From assembly GCF_006345805.1 (NCBI RefSeq), contig NC_043003.1, positions 46,562,001 through 46,626,000 of the forward strand: a stretch of DNA of 64,000 bases, read 5' to 3'. The position numbers were made by a program, and so were the translations under genes. This DNA comes from Octopus sinensis. Its lineage: Eukaryota. Below, in pieces: positions 1 to 13,325 of the stretch (the stretch's first letter is position 1; each line of letters opens with the position of its first letter). The notes beneath the pieces are model-generated. The model saw only the letters and a program-made list of their open reading frames with translations. It did not search any database and was not told where the DNA came from.

Positions 1-123
1 GCAATAACTATGTACAAAAAAAAGGAATGGTTAAAGATGGACATACAAGACTTTCTCAAATATATCATATATCATATATACACATATATACACATATATA
101 CACATATATATACATATTATATA

Positions 124-168
<45 letters not shown>

Positions 169-173
169 TATAC

Positions 174-205
<32 letters not shown>

Positions 206-264
206 CATATATATGTATATATATATATATGTATGTATGTATGTATGTATATGTGTGTATATAT

Positions 265-347
<83 letters not shown>
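1..347. repeat. Compound (TA)n/(TATG)n/(CATA)n microsatellite behind a short unique leader; duplicated at 1217-1490
   Basis: Direct inspection; the leader gcaataactatgtacaaaaaaaaggaatgg recurs at 1217. Confidence 0.95.
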
Positions 348-348
<1 letters not shown>

Positions 349-506
349 CGACGGGCTTCTTTCAGTTTCCGTCTACCAAATCCACTCACAAGGCTTTGGT
401 CGGCCCGAGGCTATTGTGGAAAACACTTGCCCAAGGTGCCACGCAGTGGGACTGAACCCGGAATCATATAGTTGGTAAATAAGCTACTTACCACACAGCC
501 ACTCCT
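348..506 (-). mobile_element. tRNA-headed SINE family A, 5' half
   Basis: The reverse complement has an A-box-like GTGGCTGTGTGGTA and a B-box-like GG(A/T)TCAGTCCC, and matches the full copies at 23103 and 34814. Confidence 0.9.
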
Positions 507-1325
507 ACGCCTATGTGCATAGAAAATGATTTTATTTTCAATCAGTCTTCTTGCACCTTATTTTCAAATAGCCTGAGCAATCTTTTGGGGTATTTGTTGA
601 CTTCCCTGCAAAATGAGCTTTTGCTAAGGATATATAAAGAGTCATGAATCACCTGGGTTTTAAGAATAATGTCATTCTGCTGATATGATAGAATCGAATT
701 AATTGACGTGCATCTCGTTTAAAATCCAGATCAAAATGGATGCTAGTGCCAAGCCGTCATTTTTTTCTGTGGCTTTATTGATCGAAACATAATTTGCAGT
801 TAGTTTTTGTAAACGGAAAATATAAGAAAAGAAATCTTATTGTGACTGCAATTTGAACATGGATCCACAACATTTGGTCTTCCTGCTTAACTAAAATCTA
901 GTTGTTATATAACAACTAACAGCGGTTCTCCATTAATGAAGTTATTTGAAAAAAAAAAACTGTCATCATGTTATTGATTCTGGATGCAAAAAAAAAAAGA
1001 GAAGGAAATTGAATCAGAGAGAAAGTATGTGACAAACAGAGAAGAGAGGGTGAGACAAGTAATAAAACGAAAAAAAAAAATAGCAAGAAATAGAAGACAC
1101 AAAGAGGTACAGAAGCAGATAGAGATAGAGAAAGCTAGAAAGAAGCGAGAGGGAGAATGATTAGAAATACAAAGCTTTAAATACAGGGTAGTAGTTTGGT
1201 GGGAGTGGAAAATTAGGCAATAACTATGTACAAAAAAAAGGAATGGTTAAAGATGGACATACAAGACTTTCTCAAATATATCATATATCATATATACACA
1301 TATATACACATATATACACATATAT

Positions 1326-1370
<45 letters not shown>

Positions 1371-1395
1371 TATATATATATACACATATATATAC

Positions 1396-1427
<32 letters not shown>

Positions 1428-1609
1428 CATATATATGTATATATATATATATGTATGTATGTATGTATATGTGTGTATATATATATATGTATATCATATA
1501 TACACACATACGTACATATATATATATATATATATAATCATATATATATACATACACACGCGCACACATATATATATAGAGAAAAACAGAGAGAGAGGGG
1601 GATAAGGAG

Positions 1610-1627
1610 ACAGACAGACAGACAGAC

Positions 1628-1700
<73 letters not shown>
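1610..1700. repeat. (AGAC)n(AGAT)n microsatellite
   Basis: Direct inspection. Confidence 0.95.
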
Positions 1701-1702
<2 letters not shown>

Positions 1703-2504
1703 ATTAAGGTACTTAACTTCTAAATTGTGCGAATTACACATATATCTCAAACATTTTATATAATAATGATTTGTTACTCAGCGATTTTTTTTATGTATGT
1801 CATTTTCAGTGTACAAATAATTATTGAAATTATGGTGTGAAAGAATATGATAAGAAACCTCGATATTCTATAGAATATTCAATTTTTGAGGGGGGAAAAT
1901 ATAATAAGGAAAATCAATATTTTATAAAATACATAGTTTTACTTTCTAAGAAGAAAGGATTTAGTGAAGTAATGTGGGAAGTTGGACGTAGGAGTTATGA
2001 ATATAATATATAGATTAAAATAAAATGAAATTAAGAATGAAATTTGAAGTATTTAAACATAATAGTGGATGATAAAGTAGTTGCATTTAGATTACTTTTA
2101 ACAGTTTTCTGCAAGAATGTCAGATAATTTATCTCCCTGGTTTTGTAGTCATACATAGAATGACTACAAGAAAAGCTGTATGAAAGCTATATAGAAATTG
2201 TGCTATAGGAGAAAAGGAGTTGGCGGGGAGGAGGTAGACCAAGAATTTAGTAAGAAGATTAATGAGCTATTAAGACAACAACATTTTTTAAAAATTGGTA
2301 TCTGCTTTGGTACCAGGCCTAATATTGGGAATAAGTACATTAGTGAAATTTAGATTGATTTCTTTAATCTTTTTTACTTTTATTTTTTTAGAAAGAAATC
2401 AATCTTTCGTACTTTCTTTAGAAAAATAATATAAGTTTTAAATTATAATTACATTATGTGATATTGGGTTCCTGATTTAATTTTCCTTTCTACATTCACC
2501 AATA

Positions 2505-2697
2505 GACACAAGGCCTGAGAATTTAGGGAAACTGGCATCCGATTATGTTGACCCCAGTGCTCAGCAGGTACTTTTTTCATCGACCTCTAAAGGATATGTC
2601 CACCTTGACAGTATATGAACCTAGAATGTAAAGGGTCTGAAGAAATACCGCTAAGCATTATTCTTCGACTTGCTAACAAATCTACCACCTTCGTCGT
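2505..2697 (-). mobile_element. SINE family B, degenerate copy
   Basis: Diverged match to the copies at 36484 and 54701 (gaaataccgctaagcat, gaccccagtgctca, ggcacaaggcctga). Confidence 0.7.
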
Positions 2698-3379
2698 CTT
2701 AAATATCTGATTAAATTTTAGAAATGCATATATTACCTATGAATAAATGTTTTCATAACTGGAATAAGATGGTATTAACACTTAGCGATTATGATTGAAA
2801 AAATGCAAACCTATAATGATGAACATTACTCTTTTTTATAAACTTGCACTGAGTTCTCTTTCAAATCCACGGTAACTTGTTCTACACAAAATACTTTCGC
2901 GCGCACACACACACGTATACATGCACGTATAGATAGACAGATAGATGTTTATACTCTTAAATACAGCAAGCGAGACGTCTTTAATAAAATCACTGTCTTT
3001 TAATTGCGGGAACAATTTCAATTAATAAAAAATTGTTTTTTTTAATCACATTATATTCCATATGTGAGAAACTCTCGTATTTGCTTATATTATACAGACC
3101 GCATCACTTTGGTACTTTCCATTTCACAAATTGCTAAAATTACCACAATGAAGATTTGGAGGTGGTAATTCAGTAATGGGTGTAGTAATGGACTTTAAGC
3201 CAATAGGTTAAGAAAGGGACATAATTCAGCAAAGTATTTTCTACTCGGAAATATTAAGAGTGATTCAGACACAGTTATATATATATATAGGAAAATCATC
3301 GGCAACAACAATAACAATAACAACAACAATAGCAACAATAGTAGCGGCAACAGCAACAACAACAGTGATAGCAGTAGCA

Positions 3380-5325
3380 GCAACAGCGACAGAAACCACC
3401 ACCTCCACGACCATTAACAACAATATGATGAGGACAAATTGGCACAGGCGACTCCATTAGTAGGTAATCTTGTGTCCTAGAAGGCAGCAATGTAAACAAA
3501 ATAATTCTCGCTCTTCTTAAACGACAAAGAAGCACACCCAGGGCAGACGTCACAACTTGTGAAAAGTGAGAAGAAGAGCCCCATTTTCAACCTCAGACAG
3601 ATTTATCACTGTGTGTCATGAAAGTAGCAACACACACACACCCAGGCTGGAAGAACTTGTAAAGCAATATGAGAAGATTCATAACATGTCACCAGGGCAA
3701 GGTAGTTCGGCAGCATGGAAGTCCCCTCCAAATGCGAAGCCCTCGCACAAAAGCATTCTATAGTTCCCGTACGCGAAAGGGAACACTTCCTTTACCCAAC
3801 ATGTTTAGGTAGAAGGATTTATTGCGTGAAGATTGAGCAAATTCCACCAGCGCTGGATATCTGTTGGCTGTTGGCATGTGTTGTCTTAGAAAGCAGCGAC
3901 ACTCTTTTTCGTGTAAAATAAGGAGGGCATTTTGGTTTGGAACCACAATGTATATTCACCTCTAGATCAAACTGGGTCATGTAGAAAATGTTTGAGACCT
4001 TATCCATCTTATCTACCCAGTAGAATGGAGCTGCACGTTGCAGTTGAGGGCAGAGGGTCGTCAAGATGAGCTTTGGGTGGTGCTGAGAACTATTCAATCG
4101 CTTTCTATTTCAAAATGAAAAACAAAAGGCAGAAGGCTTCCACTTCTGCCAAAACCAGAGCCTCAACAACAACAGCATATATCAGTAACAATACCAGTCG
4201 CGGCAATGAAGAGAATAAGAATAACAACTGTAGCACCACCACTTACAACAACAACGGTAGCAACAGTTGCAGTAGCATTACAAAGCATTGCAGCACCAGC
4301 GGTATCAACACCAGCAGCGACAAGACCAGTAAAGCACCAACAGTGACACTAACAACAGCAGAACCAAAATCCAAGACCCAAGGAATATTCCGATCTTGTT
4401 CCCTCCGTCCGACTTTCAGGCACAATCACGTAAGATGATCACACGCGAAAAATCATCTCCACATGAAATTGAATTGTTTTTTTTTCTAAGCAGGAACGTC
4501 ATCTTGCGAGAAGGTAGAGTAACTAGGAAATTAGCAAAGAATTTTTTTTTACACTATACTTTCTCTAAACGACCCATATAATCCCGACAGCATCGCTAAA
4601 ATCACACTCACACAAAACACAGACAAATCTAAAAGAACACCTCCACCTGCATCACCATTAGCAATATGTACCTCGACAGAGATAAACACATAGAAACGCG
4701 CGCGCCCACACACGCACACAAACACGCGCGCACCGGAGCAGCACCGAGTGACAAGCACACAAAGATAGCAACACTAATAAAACATATCTACCTGTTGTTT
4801 TGTGCAGAAAAGGAGCTCTAAAGAAACACTGATATCCCTCATCGCACAAAGGTAATGATTGAAACAGAGGGATAGGTCCAGTACAATCAAAGTGCAAAAA
4901 AAATGTAGCTAATTGACTGAACTTGGAGATATACAAAATATATATGGAGAATTTTCCCAATAATGTGGGAAACCTTAAAGGACTTCCTAAAGGAACCACA
5001 AAATTCTATAGACGCGAGTCAGCTTGTATCTCACACCACCAAATGTAACCCGTTTCTTTTTCTCCTCTTCCCACCAATATCGCATCTCTGTGAATGGGAT
5101 GTATAAATGCATATGACTGCGGATCACACTGGAAACAGACTTTCCTATTTACCGACCTCATGTCATAAGGTTTTGATGTGATAGCCATCAATGAGACCAG
5201 AATTTACAATAAACACACCTTAGCACCCTAACATCTTAACGATTTTGCTATCTTCGCGTCTCCTAAATCGGTCCGCAATTGGGAGTTAGGCGGTGGTGCT
5301 TTTTCGGGAAGGTCGAAATGTAAAT
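3380..5325 (+). mobile_element. Degenerate L1/Tx1-like LINE, ORF1 region through the start of the ORF2 APE endonuclease
   Basis: 5094-5325 reads MGCINAYDCGSHWKQTFLFTDLMS*GFDVIAINETRI...GGGAF, resembling the APE N-terminus (GxN..., DVxxxxET, GGG). The upstream low-complexity and ORF1-like frames are assigned only tentatively. Confidence 0.5.
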
Positions 5326-5518
5326 CCCCACACTGTGTTTTGTCTTTGTATTAGCTTAAATAGCCTTAGTTTTGTTTTGCTTTTTATATGCCCTTGTGAC
5401 CAAGTTCAAATTCTGTCGAGGACGACTTCGCCTTTCATCATACCAGATGAGGGCTGACGTTAATGTAATCAATTTGCATCTTCCCCGAAATAGCTGGCCT
5501 AGTGCCAAAATTTGAAAC

Positions 5519-6620
5519 CATTATTATTTACTTTTAATCTGCATGTTTTTTACAAACACTTGCCGAAACACACTCAGCATTCAAAGGTGAGTGAAGAATA
5601 AGAGTATGACTGAAAGCTTGGGGAGGGGAAATGGCAGGGGAAGTGGCAATGATGAAATATTTTTCATGTAATACGACACAGACATTTAAATTGACAAGAT
5701 TTTTCTCAGGATGTGGGTAGTACTTGTTAGCACAGTCTTTTGGGTTTCTGTGAGACATGGTTCTCCTAGAATATTATCTAGATGTTTTTGGCACCCCTTT
5801 CTTATCATACCTAGGACACCCACAATAAGAGAACAGTCCTTGCTTTAAGATGCCATATCTTTTGTATTTCAATTTCCAGGTCCTTATATTTACTTAATTT
5901 GTCAAATTCCTTTACAGATATATTTTTATCAGTGGGAACACTTACATCTATTAGTCTACAAATATTTTCTTCCCTCTCTTTAATGACTATGTCTGGTCGA
6001 TTATCCTCGATCGTTCTGTCGGTCTTGACTGGAAAATCCCAGAGGATAGTGACATTTATACCTTCAACGACTGGCTCAGGATGATGGTCATACCAGTAAG
6101 CAGGAGTAGTGATTTTGTAGTGGTTACATATTTTCCAATGTAAATACTGTCCTGCCCTATCATAGCGATTTTTGTATTCGTTTGGTGTCAGCACAGGACA
6201 TCCCGAAAAGAGAAGGTCTATTGTTTCGTCAAATGTATCGCAGAATCTGCATTTTGGGTCAGAACTGTTTTGAAGAACGTTAGCTGGTAGTTTTTGGTAA
6301 GTGAGCTTTGGTCTTGTGCCGCTGATACGAAACCTTCTGTCTCTACTTTCAGTCCTGAGCTTCTCAGCCACTGATGGGTTGTTGCTTGGTCTACATCAGC
6401 ATTTCGGCTTCAAAGTATATACTGTCCATGCAGTATATACTCTCCAATATAATCTCACCGCTACTCAATTTGTTTCTGCCTGTTCGGTTTTGCCGTCTGT
6501 TTGATCCGTTTTGCTTGTTTGGTGGCAGTGGTTTCAGGTTATTCATTTAATTCAAAGTTAATACCGAGTTCCATTGCGAATTTTCAAGCTTCTTTGACAA
6601 TAGAATGCGATTTTTTTACT
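5519..6620 (-). mobile_element. 5'-truncated R4/Dong-like non-LTR retrotransposon (restriction-like endonuclease type)
   Basis: ORF 5811-6371 has a CRFC..ETID.L..GC zinc knuckle, R(Y)D, PDIV...LIDV (PD..D) and KLSKY RLE motifs. Other frames give HGQY...QWLRSSGLKVETEGFVSAAQDQ upstream and TTHILRKILS downstream. It ends in a (TAA)n tail. Confidence 0.88.
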
Positions 6621-6621
6621 T

Positions 6622-6658
6622 ATGATTGTTATTATTATTATTAAAATCATTATTATTA

Positions 6659-6710
<52 letters not shown>

Positions 6711-6711
6711 T
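6622..6711. repeat. (TTA)n microsatellite
   Basis: Direct inspection. Confidence 0.95.
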
Positions 6712-6874
6712 AAGACAGTGAGCTGGACGAAATGCTTAGCGGTATTCCGCCGAGATCGTCTTTGCTTTCGTCCTTTCGTGGTCGATGAAACAAGTATCAG
6801 TTAGGCACTGAGGTCGATGTCATCGACTATCCCCCTCCCCGCAAATTTCAAGTTTTGTACCTTTAGTAGAAAGG
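6712..6874 (+). mobile_element. SINE family B (short tail), internally deleted
   Basis: gagctgg..gaaatgcttagcggtatt, tttcgtcctttcgtggtcgat and the tail gtacctttagtagaaagg(att)n. Confidence 0.8.
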
Positions 6875-7489
6875 ATTATTACTTTTATTATCACCATTAT
6901 TATCATCATCATCATTTTCATCATCATTATTATCAAATTCATATGGCCATTATACACAACAGTACATAATACTTGCTTTCCAATATCCGTTTAGTTGTTG
7001 TTCATCTTTTATTCAATGATACTGCGATGACTTTGTTGATTGTGTAATATATCATTCGATAACACTTGTAACTTGGAGTTCAAATATATTTTGTATGATA
7101 CTTTGTTAACAACAACAACAAAAAATACGTAGTTTCGTTCATTTTGAATGGAGTGAACACCTGGTTTAATGACTTGAATCGATAAAAAGAAGAAACGAAA
7201 GAAATGAAAATATATATTCAGCAACGAGATTGTATTGTCGAGCACAGTTTGTTGTAGAAACACTCTTGTGAGATGTTAAATCTTTTAAAAACAATCATCA
7301 CCAGGAAACTGGAAGCTGGCTGGCGCCAATAAGTATTGAACGTGTTGCTATGGTTGACGCAAACCTTGCCTGGTGACGTGACGGCAAGATACAGTTGGTT
7401 AAACACGGCAAACATTCATTGTGGGGAAAAAAGATTCTTTTCTAAAGATTTAAACATAGCTATCGACTGAGTCAGCAAAATACTAACAG

Positions 7490-7497
7490 ACTAGTAG

Positions 7498-7570
<73 letters not shown>

Positions 7571-7590
7571 GGTAGTAATAGTAGTAGTAA
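7490..7590. repeat. (AGT)n/(AGC)n trinucleotide array
   Basis: Direct inspection. Confidence 0.95.
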
Positions 7591-8288
7591 AAGTTATCTT
7601 GCGAATTTTCAATTTTGTTTCCTTAACTCAGATATGAAAACATATATCACTGAACATGTATGTTCGTCTTTATGTATGTATGTATGTATGTATGAATGTA
7701 TGTACGTATGTATGTATGTATGTATGTGTGTATGTATGTATGCGTATATATGTATGTATGCATGTGTGTATATATGTATGCATGCTTTAATATGTTTGTA
7801 TGCTTTAATATGCTATGTATGTAAGTTTGTATGTATGTATTTATATATGCTATGTATGTAAACGTGTACGTATGTGTGTGTATTTGCATGTATGATTGCA
7901 TTTGCGTGTGTGTTCGCTTCTCGGATCTATCGACCATCTATCTACTTACCTATCTCTATTCCACTTTGCCGTTTTTACCTTTGTAACGGCTACGTCAGAG
8001 GAGGAAAACGCACCTTGCCTAAATGTCACGTGACCTATTGACGGTCGAGTTTTTGTGATTAAATATCTTGCTTAGTTAAACAGATATTCTGCTGGTTTGG
8101 GTTCAACGACGCCCGTCTACTAATACTACTACTACTATTACGCATACACATACACTCGTAGACATACGCACGCAAACTTTTACGGTTTCTGTATCCTTGC
8201 GAATGTATATGTGTCTCTGTGTAGTGCATATAGGTATGTATGTATGTATGTATGTATGTATGTATGTATGTATGTATGTATGTATGTA

Positions 8289-8547
8289 TAGTAGTGGCCA
8301 AAATTTTGGAACATTTTTTTTCAAATATTAAAATTGCCACCCCCAAGCACAATTCGATTCAAATACATACAACGCGGAGACACACCCACCAAATAACTGA
8401 TCCACTGGTTCAATTAGAAGATATTGAACAATTGGATCAGATATTAGGCAAATACATCTCTACGCTGCATATATTTGAATCGAACTGCACTTGGGCACAA
8501 AAAATTCCAATTTTTGAAAATATGTCCCAAACTTTTGGCCAGGACTG
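8289..8547. mobile_element. Tc1-like MITE (259-bp fold-back), flanked by TA
   Basis: Left end tagtagtggccaaaattttggaacat versus right-end reverse complement cagtcctggccaaaagtttgggacat. Inner segments also pair (ccaagcacaattcgattcaaata / tatttgaatcgaactgcacttgg). TA at 8287-88 and 8548-49. Confidence 0.8.
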
Positions 8548-8881
8548 TATGTATACACATACATACTTAGAGACAAATTTACATGTAGGTTTTACACGTT
8601 GAGAGAGAGGCACAATTAGTCTGATGACTACTTTAATACAACGAACATTGGCTTATGGTTACTTTTAGCTGAGTCCAATCTGTTGCAAGTACTCAGGCCA
8701 GTTCTCTTTTATGAGAATAACTCCCTCTCTACCTCACACTAAAGGCTCGTGGACGCTGATTTCATATGCAGTATTATTTTTTTGCGTGTCGACACACATA
8801 CATATGCCTAAGTATACATACATACCTGCATGAACACACGCAGGCACACTATATGAGTGTATGTGCGACAGTAGTAGTAGT

Positions 8882-9056
8882 AGAGGACAAACAAGGACAG
8901 ACAAACGGATTAAGTTGATTACATTGACCCCAGTGCGTAACTGGTACTGAAAGGATGAAAGGCAAAGTCGACCTCGGCGGAATTTGAACTCAGAACGTAA
9001 CGGCAGACGAAATACCGCTAAGCGTTTCGCCCGGCGTGCTAACGTTTCTGCCAGCT
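8882..9056 (-). mobile_element. SINE family B (long tail, truncated)
   Basis: The reverse complement has agctggcagaaacgttagcacgccgggcgaaa and B-box GAGTTCAAATTC. Confidence 0.9.
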
Positions 9057-9859
9057 TCTTACCACATACATACTGTCATAACAGACAGTCATGCATGTAT
9101 ATTGTTCATGTCATGAATAGTGCTGCATAAATTGCTTAGGAACGGGCAAAAAATAATATGTTCACTTTATAAATCAACCAGAAATAATAACTCATTTAGA
9201 AAGATAGTGAAGATTACCCATAGAGTGATCTACTGCAACATTATATAAGGTAAGGATGTTTAAATATATGCCATAAGCTAAACAGGTAATAGAGCACACT
9301 ATTCAGAATAGGTAATAGAGCAATCTATTCAGAACAATTTTCGTTTCATCTAAACGAGATATTTAATCATTGTAGGTGCACAATAACTCAAAAAGTAGTC
9401 AGTACCATAATTCGTTGTCAGGTGCTCCAGCATGACCTCAGCCGCATGGCTAAAGCGAGTAAAGGAGTAAAAGAGTAAAAAGGGGAGAAATGATCCTTAA
9501 ATATGCCAAAATACGAATATTTAGAAAGTACCGAGTGGTTCATCTAGATGTATCCACGACAATTTACCTCGTCAGCTGCTGTCTTCTTCTTCAAATCAGG
9601 ACTCGCGCCATTAGCCATAAAGAAGAATTTCTAATTCGAGTCTACTCTAAGCTACTAAGAATGCGTGTGTCAACTTGAAGATCTACCTACAACACGCGAG
9701 AGACTGGCGGTTGCACGGGCGCGAAAGCTACGTTGTTATCCTCATTCCGTAAACGGTGGCTTTTAACGGGTGGAGAGCTGAACCATCCTGGGGTACAGAG
9801 GATTCGCAATCTAGACTGGAGTCTGAAAGTTTACCACACCATAGTGGGTTACACCATGT

Positions 9860-10095
9860 TTCCTCTGCTTTGTGGTAGAAGTAAGAAGAAAGAGTGAGAG
9901 AAAGTTGTGGGGAAAGAGTACAGCGGGCTTCACCACAGCGTGAGAGAAAGTTGTGGGGAAAGAGTACAGCTGGAGCCTCGTGGATCTTAGGTGTTTTTGC
10001 TCAATAAAAACTCACAATAACCGGTCTGGGAATTGAAATCGTGCTCTTACGACCGCGAGTCCGCTGCCTTAACCACTGGGCCATTGCGCCTCCAC
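9860..10095 (-). mobile_element. tRNA-headed SINE family D with an internal 31-bp direct duplication
   Basis: The reverse complement starts gtggaggcgcaatggcccagtggttaaggcagcggactcgcggtcg (tRNA-like A box), followed by a B-box-like gatttcaattccc. gtgagagaaagttgtggggaaagagtacagc occurs at 9894 and 9940. Confidence 0.75.
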
Positions 10096-10623
10096 GTCAG
10101 CGGCTGTTTCACAAATGACAGCCGTTCGTTTAGTTACACAACTTTTATAGCAATTTCTGACATCCGGAGCGATTGGTATATAAATCAATCAAGAACAAAC
10201 ATAAGCACAAATTAGTCACTTTATAATCAATGAGAAATAATAACTGTTTTAGAAAGATAGTGAAAATACATTCAGAGGGCTCTTCTAAAGGAATGGAAAA
10301 TGGAACGAAACGGTCATTTATATATCCACGACAAATGAAATCTGTTTAGAAATGATAGCGAAAAAATTTCTTCATACATGTCTGTATCCTTATGCATGCG
10401 TATGTTCTTTCAGTTAATTCAACGAGTTACTTGCTTTTGCAGATCATTGTTTTACTAGTCAAGGGGATCTACAGGGCATATATCAATCTTTAATGTTTTA
10501 AAACAAAACTCCAATGTTTACTGTTTGTGCAAAAGCACAAGTATTTCCTTACAATCAATCACCACAACCTGGCCTCTCTTCTATACCATCTCATTCAAGT
10601 AGACTCAATAATGATGATGATGG

Positions 10624-10670
<47 letters not shown>

Positions 10671-10944
10671 GGTTGTTTTATTTTTCCTATTTTACTTTCT
10701 CACACTTTCTCCTCGTTACATACTCTGGCTTGTCATCTTAAATATTCTATTTCCATTTTTCCCCTTCTCATTACTCCCAACATGTTGTGCACACTCTTCA
10801 CCATACACTTATTCTCATTTTCCCCCAACGAATGGCTTAGCCCAAAACATACAAAGTATTTTCTCTACACGACGTACAAATTTGTATTTCTTAAATCCCT
10901 ATTGTACCGTCCATTTTCTCATTTTTTTTCTAACTATAGGCGCA

Positions 10945-11215
10945 TGCATGGTTGTGTGGTTAAGAGCCTCCCTTTGCATCCAAATGGTTTCTAGTTCAGT
11001 TCCACTGCACGGCATCTAGATCATGTCTCTTCTACTATATATCTGGGCCGATCAATGCCTTTTGAGTGAATGTAGTTGAGGAAACTATGTAGAAACCCGT
11101 CGTATATTATGTATGTATATGTGTATATGTGCATATGCGTATGTATGTGTATATGTGTGTGTATGCATGTGTTTGTATGTCTTTATATTTGTTTCCCCAC
11201 CTTGCTTGACAACTG
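10945..11215 (+). mobile_element. SINE family A, degenerate
   Basis: ggttgtgtggttaag...agttcagttccactgcacggca...ggccgatcaatgcctt...aaacccgtcgtata...cttgcttgacaac. Confidence 0.75.
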
Positions 11216-11659
11216 AAAATGCATCCCTCTAGAACTACTTCACTGCCAATAAGGGGTCTCCCTAAAACTCACTATCTCCTTCGTCTCGTTTTCTTTTCAA
11301 TGTTGAATATTGTGATTTCTCGAATTGATAATTGTGAACTCGGCTGAAAAGGCAGAATAGTAAACTAGATGTATTTAAGTTTGTCCCTCTCAACAAGCGG
11401 CGCTCGGTAAAATTTCCTTTCTTATATTGATGTATAAATATGAAGTGGTCCAACAGATTACTAGACCCGCATTTTCTGTTTTCAACCTAATATTATTGTT
11501 TTGTTTTTTTTCCACTTCAGGCACAAGGGTCGAAATTTTGAGGAAGGGGGCCAGTCGATTAGATCGACCCCAGTATGCTACTGGTACTTAATTTACCGAC
11601 CCCGAAAGGAAAAATCGACCTCGGAGGAATACTACCTAATATTATTGCTATCTTATAAA

Positions 11660-11880
11660 TTGGCGAGCAGGAAAAATCGCAAGAACGCTGGACGAAATGC
11701 CGCTAAGCATTTCGCCCGTCCTTACGTTCTGAGTTCAAATTTCGCGGAGGCCTTCTTTGCCTTTCAGCTTTTCGGAGTGGATAAAATAAGTACCAGTCGT
11801 GTACTGGGGTCGATGTAATCGACTTACACCTTCTCCTGAAATAGCCGCTCTTGTACCAAAATTTGAAATCAATGTTATTG
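11660..11880 (+). mobile_element. SINE family B (short tail)
   Basis: tggcgagc...ttacgttctgagttcaaatttcgc...taagtaccagtcgtgtactggggtcgatgtaatcgact. Confidence 0.8.
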
Positions 11881-12276
11881 CTATCTTAACCTCAACCTCC
11901 ATGGATCGTTAAAAATACAGCCTCCGAGAGAAACTTTGCAAGACGAAAGAAATTTGATTTCTGACCTCGGAGATAAGGTCAGGGGTCTCTGAGGTACGTT
12001 TTTGTAGGGATGGTCCCATAAGATTTCCACGAACTGCACCTTATCTCCTTCAAACTCACCTGAGCTCATGATTTCTCGTCCTAGACCGATGTACAGATCT
12101 AGGATTTTTGCTTGGGGGTGGGGAGCAATAATTTTAGTAATGTCTTCATGTTTTTATCATCGTTCCTCCAAAGTCAACGGATAAAAGTTCCGAATTTTAG
12201 TCATGCATTTTTACAAATTGCTTCCATTGGGTGTTCTGAAAATTGCTTTTTCGGGGACTTTTCCTCTGATTCAAAA

Positions 12277-12315
<39 letters not shown>

Positions 12316-12318
12316 CAC

Positions 12319-12371
<53 letters not shown>

Positions 12372-12373
<2 letters not shown>

Positions 12374-13260
12374 GGATGCAGTGAATAAACTGTCGTCTAA
12401 AGTACACAAAAATGAAAATAACGCTAACATCTCATTTTAATAGATATATTTACCAAAATTACATTAAGATATATTGGAATACTAATGAGTAAAAATATTC
12501 AATAAAATGGTCATTAGCTTCAACCGCAGCTTCCAGAGGACTTTGGAATCTCCTCCAACTATTCTGGACGGTCTCTTTGTTTAAGTCCGTGAATGCTGCC
12601 ATAATCCTTACTTTCAGTTCATCTTTGGTGTTATAATGAATTTTGTTGGTCTCTCGCTCAACTGCGCACCACGCATGATAATCAAGGGGGTTGCAGTCTA
12701 GGGAGTTATGTGGCTATATATTAGGGGTGATGTGGTCGCAGAAATGCTCTGACAGCCATGACTGGGTCCTTCTGCATGTGTAGCATGGTGCAGAGTCCCG
12801 TTGCCAAATATAGGGGTCTTCCAACAGAAACCTTCTTGACCCAAGGCAGTACTGCCTCCTCTAAATACTTAACGTAGGCCTCCGTGTTGAGTCTGAGACC
12901 GTGTGGGAAGATGAATGGAGGCATAACGTTGCCATCACTAGTGATTACTCCAAACATTATGATGTTGATTGGATGTTTGATTTTTAATTACTCTCGGAAC
13001 ATGTCCTCAGATTGCACTGACCTCAGATTGACACCTAGAAAACTCTGAAATGTTCGTATTGGAGCTTCCGGCGCGAATTCCAAACAATACAGTATGTCGT
13101 TTCCAAATTTCTGGCAGAGTGAATTGCGACATGGTTCTGTTTTTCTCACAGATGGTGCCCAACTGATCCTACTATACTGTGTGGTCGACAAACGCAAAAA
13201 CAAACAATTCGCGAAATAGCGAAATTGAAAATATAAAATGGTAACAATTTACCCATCGCA

Positions 13261-13262
<2 letters not shown>
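12372..13262 (-). mobile_element. Internally deleted Tc1/mariner element of the DD37D (maT-like) type
   Basis: The minus strand gives MSQFTLPEIWKRH... (ATG 13132) fused to ...FGVITSDG...WQRDSAPC-(37 aa spacing)-DCNPLDY...NDHFIE, with frameshifts and stops. Degenerate TIRs are tacaggatgcagtgaataaactgtcg and (rc) tgcgatgggtaaattgttacc. Confidence 0.88.

Positions 13263-13325
<63 letters not shown>

Noticed and set aside
10-478. ORFs rich in IY/YI, CV/VC, HT or YL (here and dozens more across the window)
   Set aside because: They are translations of stop-free microsatellites such as (TA)n, (CA)n, (TATG)n and (GATA)n, and are not genes.
4073-4438. 121-aa Ser/Thr/Asn-rich ORF as a host gene
   Set aside because: It is low-complexity (CAA/CAG-rich) and lies inside the putative LINE ORF1 region, with no independent support.
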